DNA of 64,000 bases from Candidatus Magasanikiibacteriota bacterium (GTDB lineage: Bacteria; Patescibacteriota; Patescibacteriia; Magasanikbacterales; UBA922), in NCBI GenBank assembly GCA_018652595.1, contig JABIBU010000016.1, positions 26,911 to 90,910 on the forward strand, read 5' to 3'. The notes under the pieces are model-generated. The model was not told the origin of the DNA. It worked only from the letters and a program-made list of their open reading frames with translations, and did not search any database. This document shows positions 9,762 through 18,732 of this stretch, in pieces. A program made the position numbers and the translations under genes. Position 1 is the stretch's first letter; each line of letters opens with the position of its first letter.

Positions 9762-10124
9762 TTATGCTTTAATAGTAAGACGTTTCATCATCTCGTTACG
9801 CAATCTGTTTTTTGGAAGCATTCCATTAACAGCTCTACGCAAAACTTCGGTTGGATCACTATCAAAAACTTTTTTCAAAGGAGTGCGACGCAATCCACCT
9901 GGATACATAGTATGATGAAAATAATCTTTTTGTACTAATTTTTTACCAGTAAATTTCATCTTTTTAGCGTTGATTACTTTTACATAATCTCCACTATCAA
10001 TATGTGGTGAAAAATCTGGTCTATTTTTGCCACGCAAAGCCATAGCCACCTGGGTAGCAATTCTACCAGCAGCTCTATCTGTGGCATCAATCTCAATTTT
10101 ATTTCTTTTTATTTCTTTTGTCAT
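9762..10124 (-). CDS. rplM: 50S ribosomal protein L13
   Basis: IDA...GRIA, GDYVKVINA and GMLPKN motifs. Confidence 0.97.
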   Translation of the reverse strand: MTKEIKRNKIEIDATDRAAGRIATQVAMALRGKNRPDFSPHIDSGDYVKVINAKKMKFTGKKLVQKDYFHHTMYPGGLRRTPLKKVFDSDPTEVLRRAVNGMLPKNRLRNEMMKRLTIKA

Positions 10125-10155
10125 ATTCGTAAATTCGGATATTAGTAGATTCGGA

Positions 10156-10506
10156 TTAGACTAACTCTATTCTGGCCATCTCAGCAGAATCTGAATCGCG
10201 ATGAGACAACTTAATTATTCTGGTATAACCACCATTTCTTTCCTTATACTTAGGTCCCAGCTCATCCATCAATTTATTGACAGCATCGTCAGTAAATAAG
10301 GCCTTTATTAATCCACGTCTAGCAGCCAATGTACCGGCTTTAGCTTTTGTGATCAAAGGTTCTACTACTGTACGCAAAGCTTTTGCTTTGGCCTTTGTAG
10401 TCTTGATATTGCCATGCAAAATCAAACTCTCAGCCAAATTTTTCATCATAGCCTCGCGATGAGCTCTCTCTCTTCCTAAAGTAAATTTTTTCTTTTGATG
10501 TCGCAT
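10156..10506 (-). CDS. rplQ: 50S ribosomal protein L17
   Basis: MRH start; TTKAKAK and RNGGYTRI motifs. Confidence 0.97.
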   Translation of the reverse strand: MRHQKKKFTLGRERAHREAMMKNLAESLILHGNIKTTKAKAKALRTVVEPLITKAKAGTLAARRGLIKALFTDDAVNKLMDELGPKYKERNGGYTRIIKLSHRDSDSAEMARIELV

Positions 10507-10548
10507 ATACAAATCATTTTTTAGACTTTCTTACTTGTCCGGCGTAGC

Positions 10549-11364
10549 CTAAGCGGAGACGGACTCGTCTTTCTTTTTAGTAGTTTTTTTAACTGCTTTC
10601 TTTTTTGGTTTTTTTTCTACCTCTTCTTCTGCTTCCTCTACAACTTCTTCCGTTTTTGGAACAGCAGCACCAGAATCAGATGCTTCTAATACTAGACCTA
10701 GGTAATCCATCAAAATCTTTGTTGACTGGCTCAATGCCTCTTTTGGACTAATAGTACCGTTGGTCTCTACTTTCAAAGTCAACTTTTCGTAATTGGTAAC
10801 ATCACCAACACGAGTCATATCCACCTTATAACCAACATCTATAATTGGAGTATAGAAAGAATCAATCAAAATAGTACCTAGATCAAGACTTTTAGCATCT
10901 TTTTCGCTCACTGGCACATAGCCTGAACCTTTTCCAACAGTTACTTCCATGTCTATTTCTTTTTTATCATCAGTTACTGTCATTATTTTTAAATCTGGGT
11001 TGGAAATTTCAACATCAGAGTTTTTTTCAAAATCAGCTGCTGTAATATCACCCTTACCTTTTTTGCTCAAATTTAGCACAATTGATTCGTCACTATGGCA
11101 TTTAATTGCCAGCTGTTTTAAATTTAAAATAACCTCTACCATATCTTCTTGCACACCATCAATAGCAGAAAACTCATGGCTGGTGCCATTTATTTTTACA
11201 GACTCTACTGCTGCACCAGGTAAAGATGAGAGCAATACTCTGCGCAAAGAATTACCAAGTGTCGTACCATAACCTTGTTGACAAGGTGTAATAACCACTT
11301 TTGCTACATTTTTTTCATCGGTATCTTGGAATTCAATTGTAGAAGGTAGTAATATATGTTCCAT
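10549..11364 (-). CDS. rpoA: RNA polymerase alpha subunit (no recognisable alpha-CTD)
   Basis: GYGTTLGNSLRRVLLSS, HEFS and GVQED motifs; operon position. Confidence 0.96.
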   Translation of the reverse strand: MEHILLPSTIEFQDTDEKNVAKVVITPCQQGYGTTLGNSLRRVLLSSLPGAAVESVKINGTSHEFSAIDGVQEDMVEVILNLKQLAIKCHSDESIVLNLSKKGKGDITAADFEKNSDVEISNPDLKIMTVTDDKKEIDMEVTVGKGSGYVPVSEKDAKSLDLGTILIDSFYTPIIDVGYKVDMTRVGDVTNYEKLTLKVETNGTISPKEALSQSTKILMDYLGLVLEASDSGAAVPKTEEVVEEAEEEVEKKPKKKAVKKTTKKKDESVSA

Positions 11365-11438
11365 ATAGTTTTTGCTATATCCCGATTGAATCGGGGTGGG
11401 ATACCCTCCCTAAATAAGAAGCTTAATTTATAAAAACT

Positions 11439-12062
11439 TTATCTAGCTGAATAGTACTCAATAATCAACTTGACATCAAACACCTTATCAAAATCTTGTT
11501 CAGCAGGTAGATTCAATACTTTGCCGGATTTTTTGGCAGGATCTACACTGATCCATGATACTGTATCTACTTTACTTAATTTTTCTGTTATCTCTTCAAA
11601 AATTTTCTTTTTTTGTTTATTTTCTCTTAGCTCTATTACATCTCCTACTTTCAAAATATGAGAAGGGATGTTCATCTTCTTTCCATTTAGAAAAAACATA
11701 CTATGGGAAACAAATTGACGGGCTTGCGCACGAGTATCAGCAAAACCAAGCCTATAAATAACATTGTCCATTCTAAGTTCTAATAGTTTTTGCAAATTTA
11801 CACCAGAGTCACCATCTTGACGATTGGCTTCGGTTACATAACCTCTAAATTGCTTTTCTCTAAGACCATAGATATATTTGGCTTTTTGTTTTTCTAAAAG
11901 CTGTTTACCATAACTAGAGCTAGACGCACGTCTCTTTTTTGGACCATGAACACCAGGCTGTTGAGACAGTCTACGGGCAACCTTAGTAGCATTGGTTTTC
12001 AAACCTAGGTTTACACCAAATCTTCTAGCAATTTTATTTTTTGGACCAATATATTTTCCCAT
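11439..12062 (-). CDS. rpsD: 30S ribosomal protein S4
   Basis: LLEKQKAK, LELRMDNV and ARQFVSH motifs. Confidence 0.97.
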   Translation of the reverse strand: MGKYIGPKNKIARRFGVNLGLKTNATKVARRLSQQPGVHGPKKRRASSSSYGKQLLEKQKAKYIYGLREKQFRGYVTEANRQDGDSGVNLQKLLELRMDNVIYRLGFADTRAQARQFVSHSMFFLNGKKMNIPSHILKVGDVIELRENKQKKKIFEEITEKLSKVDTVSWISVDPAKKSGKVLNLPAEQDFDKVFDVKLIIEYYSAR

Positions 12063-12102
12063 ATCCTATTTGATTCGTAAATTCGAATAATTCGTATATT
12101 AA

Positions 12103-12498
12103 TTAAACACGACGTCTCTTTCTTGGACGACAACCGTTGTGTGGAATTGGAGTAGTATCCTTTACTGACAAAACTTGCAAACCGTTGGCATTAAAAGCGC
12201 GGATAGCACCTTCACGACCAGCGCCAATACCTTTTACAAAAACATTTACTTCCTTTACTCCATGTGGTTCCAAAGCCTCTACCACCTTCTTTACTACTTG
12301 ACCAGCTGCATAAGGAGTAGCCTTTTTAGGACCCTTGAACCCTACCATGCCAGCACTAGCCCAACCCAATACATCACCATTTTGATCTGTGACTGTAATA
12401 ATAGTATTGTTGAAGGTAGCCTGAATATAAGCTCGTCCGTGACTAACTTTTTTTATAATTTTTTTCTTATTGGTTTTTTTAACTTGCTTTTTTACCAT
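12103..12498 (-). CDS. rpsK: 30S ribosomal protein S11
   Basis: ATFNNTI, KATPYAA and TPIPHNGCRP motifs. Confidence 0.98.
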   Translation of the reverse strand: MVKKQVKKTNKKKIIKKVSHGRAYIQATFNNTIITVTDQNGDVLGWASAGMVGFKGPKKATPYAAGQVVKKVVEALEPHGVKEVNVFVKGIGAGREGAIRAFNANGLQVLSVKDTTPIPHNGCRPRKRRRV

Positions 12499-12534
12499 AC
12501 CTTTTTAGTCTGAAAAAATCTTTGATTAAAATTC

Positions 12535-12921
12535 TTAAGTCTTTTGTGATGTAGGTTTCTTTCCACTAGTAGCCATGTTTCTCTTATTACCTCTTACAGT
12601 TCTAGAGTTTGTCTTAGTTCTCTGACCACGCACAGGCAATCTCTTGGCATGTCTGATACCACGATAACATTTGATATCTTTCATACGCTTGATATTACCA
12701 GCTACTTCACGACGAAGGTCACCTTCTGTCTTGTGTGTCTTCTCAATAATATTGCGAATCAAATCCTGCTCTTCTTGAGAAAGATCTTTTACGCGAGTAT
12801 TCACATCAATCTTGGCTTCTGCCAAAATCTTAGTGGAAGTAGTAGGACCAATACCGTAAACATAGGTCAAACTAACACCTACTTTTTTTTCTTTTGGAAT
12901 TGTTACACCTGAAATTCTCAT
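12535..12921 (-). CDS. rpsM: 30S ribosomal protein S13
   Basis: YGIG and [11 protein letters not shown] motifs. Confidence 0.98.
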   Translation of the reverse strand: MRISGVTIPKEKKVGVSLTYVYGIGPTTSTKILAEAKIDVNTRVKDLSQEEQDLIRNIIEKTHKTEGDLRREVAGNIKRMKDIKCYRGIRHAKRLPVRGQRTKTNSRTVRGNKRNMATSGKKPTSQKT

Positions 12922-12935
12922 ATTTATATCAAAAT

Positions 12936-13073
12936 TTAAGCGGCTTTTTTTCTAATCTTTGTACCTTGACGTTGTTTGTGTCTTGGATTTTCACAGATAA
13001 CATGAAGAACACCTGCTCGGCGCACTATCTGACAATTCTTACATCTTTTTTTGACTGATGACTTTACTTTCAT
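12936..13073 (-). CDS. rpmJ: 50S ribosomal protein L36 (not in ORF track; 45 aa)
   Basis: Manual translation [45 protein letters not shown]. Confidence 0.95.
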   Translation of the reverse strand: MKVKSSVKKRCKNCQIVRRAGVLHVICENPRHKQRQGTKIRKKAA

Positions 13074-13160
13074 AATTTTTTAACAAAAAATACCAACCAC
13101 TGCCGCGATATCACAGCTCTGCCAACTAGGGCTAAGCTCCACCGCACTGGTTGATACTCT

Positions 13161-13376
13161 TTAGAATCTAAAGGTTATACGTCCTTTGGATAAATCATAA
13201 GGAGTCAGCTCGACTTTTACCTCGTCGCCTACCCCTAATCTGATACGATACATTCGCATTTTACCCGAAAGATGGGCAATAATCTCATGATCGTTTTCTA
13301 ATTTTACACGAAAAGTGGCTCCTGGTAACAACTCTTCAATTGTACCACGAATCTCCACTACGTCTGTTTTAGCCAT
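13161..13376 (-). CDS. infA: Translation initiation factor IF-1
   Basis: AHLSGKMR and [13 protein letters not shown] motifs. Confidence 0.98.
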   Translation of the reverse strand: MAKTDVVEIRGTIEELLPGATFRVKLENDHEIIAHLSGKMRMYRIRLGVGDEVKVELTPYDLSKGRITFRF

Positions 13377-13404
13377 GATTAGCTTATCGGATTAATCTGG
13401 CGAT

Positions 13405-13433
13405 ATTTTACTATAATATGATAAAACTGTCAA
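13405..13433 (-). promoter_or_regulatory. sigma70-type promoter of the infA/alpha operon
   Basis: TTGACA-N17-TAAAAT. Confidence 0.7.
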
Positions 13434-13493
13434 GTAAAATAACTCCAGAGGCTGTGAATAACTTTTTTTAGCTAAAATAAGCCTATTAATAAC

Positions 13494-13898
13494 CTATGTC
13501 TTATACACCCAATATTTATACAAAAAGAAGTTCCAACTTACTGCTAGCGCGATACTACATACCCTAACAAGCCTATAATCAAAGCCTATTTTATCGCTAA
13601 ATACAAACATTAGTAATACCGCCAAAAGATAGTTGAAAGCGAAAAGGGTCATATACCTCACAAACTGCTTCTGAGGTAAAGCTTTATTCTTGAATGACCA
13701 ATATTTGTTCAAGGTAAAATTATAAGCAACAGCAATAATCTGATTCAAAACCACAGCCAAAGCAGCGCCCAAAAGGAATACCTCCTTAAAAAAAACTAGA
13801 GTTGCTATATCCAAAAACAACCCAGAAAAACCAATTACAAAGTATTTTCCAAACTCAAAACGCACGCCCCAGAAATAGTTTATTAATTTTTTTATCAT
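13494..13898 (-). CDS. GtrA family membrane protein
   Basis: Four TM segments; NFTLNKYWSF and WNFFLYKYWVY motifs. Confidence 0.88.
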   Translation of the reverse strand: MIKKLINYFWGVRFEFGKYFVIGFSGLFLDIATLVFFKEVFLLGAALAVVLNQIIAVAYNFTLNKYWSFKNKALPQKQFVRYMTLFAFNYLLAVLLMFVFSDKIGFDYRLVRVCSIALAVSWNFFLYKYWVYKT

Positions 13899-15796
13899 TC
13901 TAATATAGCTTTTATTCTCCTAACACCGGACGAAGAACTTTCTTCTTTTTTGATTCTAAAGTGTCCCATATTGCCCAGATCTTCAACATGTGGTCCACCA
14001 CAAATTTCTTTGCTAGCGATATCATCACCTGAGCCAATTGTATAAACTTTTACTTTTTCTCCATACTTATCACCAAACAAGCCAATCGCATCTTTATCTT
14101 TTGCCTCTTCCACGCTCATTTCTTCCATTGAAACAGAAAGTTTTTTGTCTATTGAATCGTTTACAAGATCCTCTACTTGCTTTTTTTGTTCATCTGTCAT
14201 CTTTTCACCGTGAGTAAAATCAAACCTAAGACGATCAGCAGTAATATTACTACCCTTTTGTTCTACATGCTCACCCAAAACATTTCGCAAGGCTGAATGT
14301 AAAAGATGTGTCGCTGTGTGATATTTTGTACTCATCTCACCAGAATCAGCTAATCCACCTTTAAATTTTTGTTCAGCACCAGCTCGGGAGAGATCTTGGT
14401 GTTTTTGAAATGCCTCCTCAAAACCTTTCATATATACTACCATATTGTTTTCTTTTGCTAGGTCTTCTGTCAACTCAACAGGAAAACCATAGGTATCATA
14501 TAACTTAAAGGCTTGTTTACCAGAGATTTCAATAATTTTTTTACCGGTTTTTTCTTCGGCAATTCTAAAACCATTTAATAGTTTTTCAAATTCTTTTATA
14601 CCTTGTTCCAAGGTTGTTCTAAACTTTTCTTCTTCCTTTTTCATCTCGCCAAAAATCAAATCTTCTTTATTTTCCAGATAACCTCCAACATTCCCATAAG
14701 TTTCTATGTATGACTTGGCAATACTTGCAGTAAATAAGTCATTAATTCCAAGATTATCAGCAAAGCGCACTGCCCTGCGGATAAGACGGCGAGTAAAATA
14801 ACCTTGATCCTTGTTGGATGGCACGGCTCCATCGGCGATAAGAAATGTAGCCGCACGCAAATGATCTAGAATAACTCTAAAGGCAAAAGTTTCTTTTTCA
14901 TTTTCGCCATATTTTTTACCAGACAATTCTTCTAGCTTTTCTTTTGCCTTGGTGAATAAATCAATATTAAAAATATCTGGACTGTCCAGCAATGCTGCCG
15001 CCATTCTCTCTAGACCACCACCGAAATCAATATTTTTTTGTTTCAATTCCTCAAATCCACCTTCTTTCTTTATGTACTGCATAAATACATTGTTACCAAT
15101 CTCCATAAACCGACCACAATCACAATTTACATGACAAACCTTATCTTTCCACTCAGACTTTTCATGCAAACTAGACTCTTCACCAAAATCCCAAAACATC
15201 TCGCTATCTGGCCCACCAGGTTCACCCACAGGCATGTTTCCTGGCACACCAGCACGACTCCACCAGTTCTTGGTAGCATCGTAGTAAAAAATTCTAGCAT
15301 CTTGCATGCCTTTTTCCTCAGCCATATCAGCTATGCTAGCATTTACATTATTTGATTCAAAAAGCTGTTGCCATTTTTGAGCACCCTCTTCATCACGAGG
15401 GATATTATTTTTTTCATCTCCGCGAAAACAAGTTATATAAATTTTGTCTGGGTCTAATCCAATTTCTTTGGTTAAAAATTCAAACATCCATTCAATTTCT
15501 TCGACTTTGAAATAATCCCCCAGAGACCAATTACCAAGCATCTCAAAAAAAGTAGTATGGCGATTATCCCCCACTTCTTCCATGTCAACTGCACGAAAAC
15601 ACTTTTGAGAGTCAGCAATACGTACACCTTGAGGGTGTTTTTCACCCAAAAGATATGGAACCATCGGCTGCATACCAGATCCAGTAAAAAGTGTTGTAGG
15701 ATCATTCTCAGGAATAAGAGAAGCCGAAGAAATCACAGTGTGTTTTTTTGATTCAAAAAACTCCAGATACTTCTGGCGCAAATCATTTGTTTTCAT
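13895..15796 (-). CDS. alaS: Alanine--tRNA ligase (short form without C-Ala domain)
   Basis: DPTTLFTGSGM, HTTFFEMLGN, HTATHLL and EICGGPH motifs; ends at GVRRIKA. Confidence 0.97.
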   Translation of the reverse strand: MKTNDLRQKYLEFFESKKHTVISSASLIPENDPTTLFTGSGMQPMVPYLLGEKHPQGVRIADSQKCFRAVDMEEVGDNRHTTFFEMLGNWSLGDYFKVEEIEWMFEFLTKEIGLDPDKIYITCFRGDEKNNIPRDEEGAQKWQQLFESNNVNASIADMAEEKGMQDARIFYYDATKNWWSRAGVPGNMPVGEPGGPDSEMFWDFGEESSLHEKSEWKDKVCHVNCDCGRFMEIGNNVFMQYIKKEGGFEELKQKNIDFGGGLERMAAALLDSPDIFNIDLFTKAKEKLEELSGKKYGENEKETFAFRVILDHLRAATFLIADGAVPSNKDQGYFTRRLIRRAVRFADNLGINDLFTASIAKSYIETYGNVGGYLENKEDLIFGEMKKEEEKFRTTLEQGIKEFEKLLNGFRIAEEKTGKKIIEISGKQAFKLYDTYGFPVELTEDLAKENNMVVYMKGFEEAFQKHQDLSRAGAEQKFKGGLADSGEMSTKYHTATHLLHSALRNVLGEHVEQKGSNITADRLRFDFTHGEKMTDEQKKQVEDLVNDSIDKKLSVSMEEMSVEEAKDKDAIGLFGDKYGEKVKVYTIGSGDDIASKEICGGPHVEDLGNMGHFRIKKEESSSSGVRRIKAILE

Positions 15797-15804
15797 AATA
15801 TATC

Positions 15805-15906
15805 TTACTTCAAATATTTAAAAGCAACCAATGTGATAATTCCAACCAAAATCAAAATTGGCCAAATGGACCACAATAGATTGCCTATTGTATAGCCTGT
15901 TTCCAT
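15805..15906 (-). CDS. Small single-TM protein, 33 aa (not in ORF track)
   Basis: METGYTIGNLLWSIWPILILVGIITLVAFKYLK; TTGACT-N17-TAAAAT promoter at 15930-15958. Confidence 0.6.
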   Translation of the reverse strand: METGYTIGNLLWSIWPILILVGIITLVAFKYLK

Positions 15907-15971
15907 ATTTTTTTAATTAATCCCCATCTATTTTAACAATTTCTCTTGTTTTAGTCAAAAAGTAATACATA

Positions 15972-17084
15972 TTACTTAATAACTCCCCCACCCAAACATT
16001 CACCATCCAAATAAAACACACAAAACTGCCCCGGTGCCACAGCCCTTTGTTTTTCTTCAAATTCAACAATTAACTTGTCATTCTTCATTTTGCATTCTGC
16101 ATTTTGCATTTCTTGTCTATGTCTCAACCTGACATCACATTTCAAAGGCATATCCGGAGTTTGACCAGTAATCCAATTTACATCTTCAATTTCAATCTCA
16201 CTCTTAAATAATAACGGATCATTATCATACCCCACAACCAATTCATTTGTCTCAAATCTCTTTTCAACCACAAACAATGATTTTGTATCATTACTCTGAA
16301 CACCTAAATGTCTCTGTCCTATAGTATAAAAAGCCAAACCCTCGTGCTCGCCAATTACTTCCCCACTACTCATAACAATTTTTCCGGGTTTTAGTTTTAT
16401 TTTACTTTGCAAAAATTCTTTCATATCCACCTCACCCACAAAGCAAATCCCCATGCTCTCCTCCTTATTAGCTGTAGGAAGATCAAATCTATTGGCCAAC
16501 TCTCTTACCTCATCTTTTTTATAATCACCAAGAGGGAACAATGTCCGACTCAATTGTTCTTGATTTAACTGGTGCAAAAAATATGTTTGATCCTTATTAT
16601 CATCTTTTGCCTGCATCAAGGTGTGAAGCCCAGAATCTGCGGTCTGAAGTCCGGCATAGTGCCCTGTCGCAATCTTGTCAAAACCTAAATCTCTTACTTT
16701 ATCCAACCAAAATCCAAATTTCACCCATCGGTTACACATCACATCTGGATTTGGTGTTCTTCCCTTTTTGTATTCATCAAACATATACTTGAGGACTGTC
16801 TCCTCATACTCTTTTTTAAAATCTAATTTTAAGAGTGGAATACCAAGCTTCGCTGCCACACGAGTAGCATCACGATAATCACCAACCCAACAGGGCTTCG
16901 CTTCGCTATGCCCTGTAAACTCATCATCTGAACTTGTCGGGCCTAGTCCAGAAGACGAAGTCTGATAATTTATCATATAAGCCCCAGTGACATCATATCC
17001 ATGTTCCACTAGCAAAGCAGCAGCTACAGACGAATCCACACCACCACTCATAGCAACTAATATTTTTTCCTTTTTTATCTTCAT
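15972..17084 (-). CDS. mnmA: tRNA 2-thiouridine(34) synthase
   Basis: SGGVDS, PNPDVMCN, ATGHYA, KDQTYFL and PGQ motifs. Confidence 0.97.
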   Translation of the reverse strand: MKIKKEKILVAMSGGVDSSVAAALLVEHGYDVTGAYMINYQTSSSGLGPTSSDDEFTGHSEAKPCWVGDYRDATRVAAKLGIPLLKLDFKKEYEETVLKYMFDEYKKGRTPNPDVMCNRWVKFGFWLDKVRDLGFDKIATGHYAGLQTADSGLHTLMQAKDDNKDQTYFLHQLNQEQLSRTLFPLGDYKKDEVRELANRFDLPTANKEESMGICFVGEVDMKEFLQSKIKLKPGKIVMSSGEVIGEHEGLAFYTIGQRHLGVQSNDTKSLFVVEKRFETNELVVGYDNDPLLFKSEIEIEDVNWITGQTPDMPLKCDVRLRHRQEMQNAECKMKNDKLIVEFEEKQRAVAPGQFCVFYLDGECLGGGVIK

Positions 17085-17722
17085 AAATTCACCTTATCTA
17101 TTTTTGACTTTAGATATTTATTAAGTCTTTTTTCAGTTTCAGGCATCAGCTTGTCGGCAATTTGCCTAGCTGTTTTTGTTCTCAAAAAATAATAACAACT
17201 AAAGACATTGCGCAAATGCTGATCCCAAGCATTATCATTATCTTTAAACAACTTCCAAACCCTTTCTAACCCAACATCACCAAATAAATCTAATTTATCA
17301 GCATCACGTAAAATCCAAGCGGTATCATACTTATCAGCGGCATCATTCCAATGATAGCGGACTGCGTAAAGCAATTCTTTCTTTTCTTCTTTGGAAAGAA
17401 TATCAAAGCTACTATCATCCTCAAACCACTTATTTAATAATTCATAAGATAATTCGTGATGTTTCCTACTAGTTTCTCCAGGATTATCCTCCAAAGTCCT
17501 ACCAATATCATGAAACCAAGCTGATAACTCACAAAGAAAGGGTTTATTAGCCCCCTCTTGACTGATAATTTTATTAACTGCACTTGCGACCCTCTCAATG
17601 TGGTCTATACCATGTGCGGGATCAGAATAGTCTTCAAATATTTTTTTTACTTTGGAAATAGCATGATTCAAAAGATCCTGCTCTTCATTTGTATATTTTA
17701 TTTTTTCTTTTTTATTTTTCAT
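17081..17722 (-). CDS. HD-domain phosphohydrolase
   Basis: H...H..RV, HDIG and DADKLD motifs. Confidence 0.85.
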   Translation of the reverse strand: MKNKKEKIKYTNEEQDLLNHAISKVKKIFEDYSDPAHGIDHIERVASAVNKIISQEGANKPFLCELSAWFHDIGRTLEDNPGETSRKHHELSYELLNKWFEDDSSFDILSKEEKKELLYAVRYHWNDAADKYDTAWILRDADKLDLFGDVGLERVWKLFKDNDNAWDQHLRNVFSCYYFLRTKTARQIADKLMPETEKRLNKYLKSKIDKVNL

Positions 17723-17896
17723 AATAAATCTAGTTTAACCCAAAACAAAATAAAAATCAACAAAAAAACCACCTCATCCTCCCATTTCAAAATTAAATGA
17801 TTAATTCTGAAATGGACGGAGGTGATTTTTTCTTGAACCCCTCGTCCGCCCGCCTTTTTGTATGTTGGCGGGGAAAAAGAGAGTGAGGCAGCCCCA

Positions 17897-18157
17897 CTAA
17901 TCACTTGTGGGCATTCCGTGGACCGTATCGGTGAGCACGACCTCATTTCCATCATCCGAAGCTGCAGGGAGTTCCGCCATGGTCTGAGCCTTGTCCCCAT
18001 CAGGACCCAGATCATCACCAGGAATCTCGACGGAGTTAACCCCCGACATGTCATGCATGACAGGAACATGAAGCTTTGTCCCGCAATTCCCGCAGAAGTT
18101 GTGAGAATAAGGATTCTCCTGACCACACTTGCTACACTTTTTCATTCTACCTTCCAT
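17897..18157 (-). CDS. Zinc-ribbon protein with acidic tail (GC-rich)
   Basis: CSKCG...FCGNCG; AGGAGG SD; TTGACA-N17-TAAGAT promoter upstream. Confidence 0.7.
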   Translation of the reverse strand: MEGRMKKCSKCGQENPYSHNFCGNCGTKLHVPVMHDMSGVNSVEIPGDDLGPDGDKAQTMAELPAASDDGNEVVLTDTVHGMPTSD

Positions 18158-18230
18158 CTCTTACCCTCCTAGTTCATGTTTATATTTATCTTATATTTTT
18201 TCTCCCAAACTGTCAATTATTTATAAAAAT

Positions 18231-18260
18231 AAAAAACTCCCCGTTCCCGGGGAGTTTTTT
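18231..18260. terminator. Intrinsic terminator
   Basis: A6-CTCCCCG/CGGGGAG-T6. Confidence 0.8.
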
Positions 18261-18274
18261 ATTTTCCAAAATAT

Positions 18275-18568
18275 TTAGGCATTATTACGGCGGGCCTGCA
18301 TGCAATCTCTGCAATATACTGGCTTGTCACCGGTAGGCTGGAAAGGAAGCTGTGAAATGTGAGTACCACATCCAGCACAATCCACATCTACTTCGTGCAT
18401 CTGGGCTTGTGGCTTGTCATTGCTTCTGCTCTCACGATAAGAGCGATTGCAGTCTGCACAATAAACAGGACGGTCACCAGAAGGTTGGAAAGGCAATTGT
18501 GAGATATGGGTATTGCACTTGGCGCAATTTATGTCCACATCATGCATTTGTCTGTCTCCAAAAGTCAT
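18275..18568 (-). CDS. Tandem CxxC-x17-CxxC zinc-binding domain protein
   Basis: Two repeats of C..C.THISQLPFQP.GD.PVYC.DC. Confidence 0.88.
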   Translation of the reverse strand: MTFGDRQMHDVDINCAKCNTHISQLPFQPSGDRPVYCADCNRSYRESRSNDKPQAQMHEVDVDCAGCGTHISQLPFQPTGDKPVYCRDCMQARRNNA

Positions 18569-18679
18569 ATTTGATATATGTTTGTGTTCCCAATGTTTTG
18601 AGAATTTTTTGTTAAATTCGACCTTCCCGACGCTAAATCGGGATAAATTGGGAACTACTTATATTTGTTACCCATATAT

Positions 18680-18708
18680 ATTATAGGACATTTTTGACCA
18701 AAAGTCAA
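18680..18708 (-). promoter_or_regulatory. sigma70-type promoter
   Basis: TTGACT-N17-TATAAT. Confidence 0.7.
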
Positions 18709-18732
18709 CCCCGCACCAAAATTGGTGCTGGG

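Noticed and set aside
17719-18172. 135-aa (-) and 104-aa (+) ORFs overlapping the zinc-ribbon gene
   Set aside because: The 17897-18157 frame has the SD, promoter and CxxC motifs; the others run through terminator hairpins
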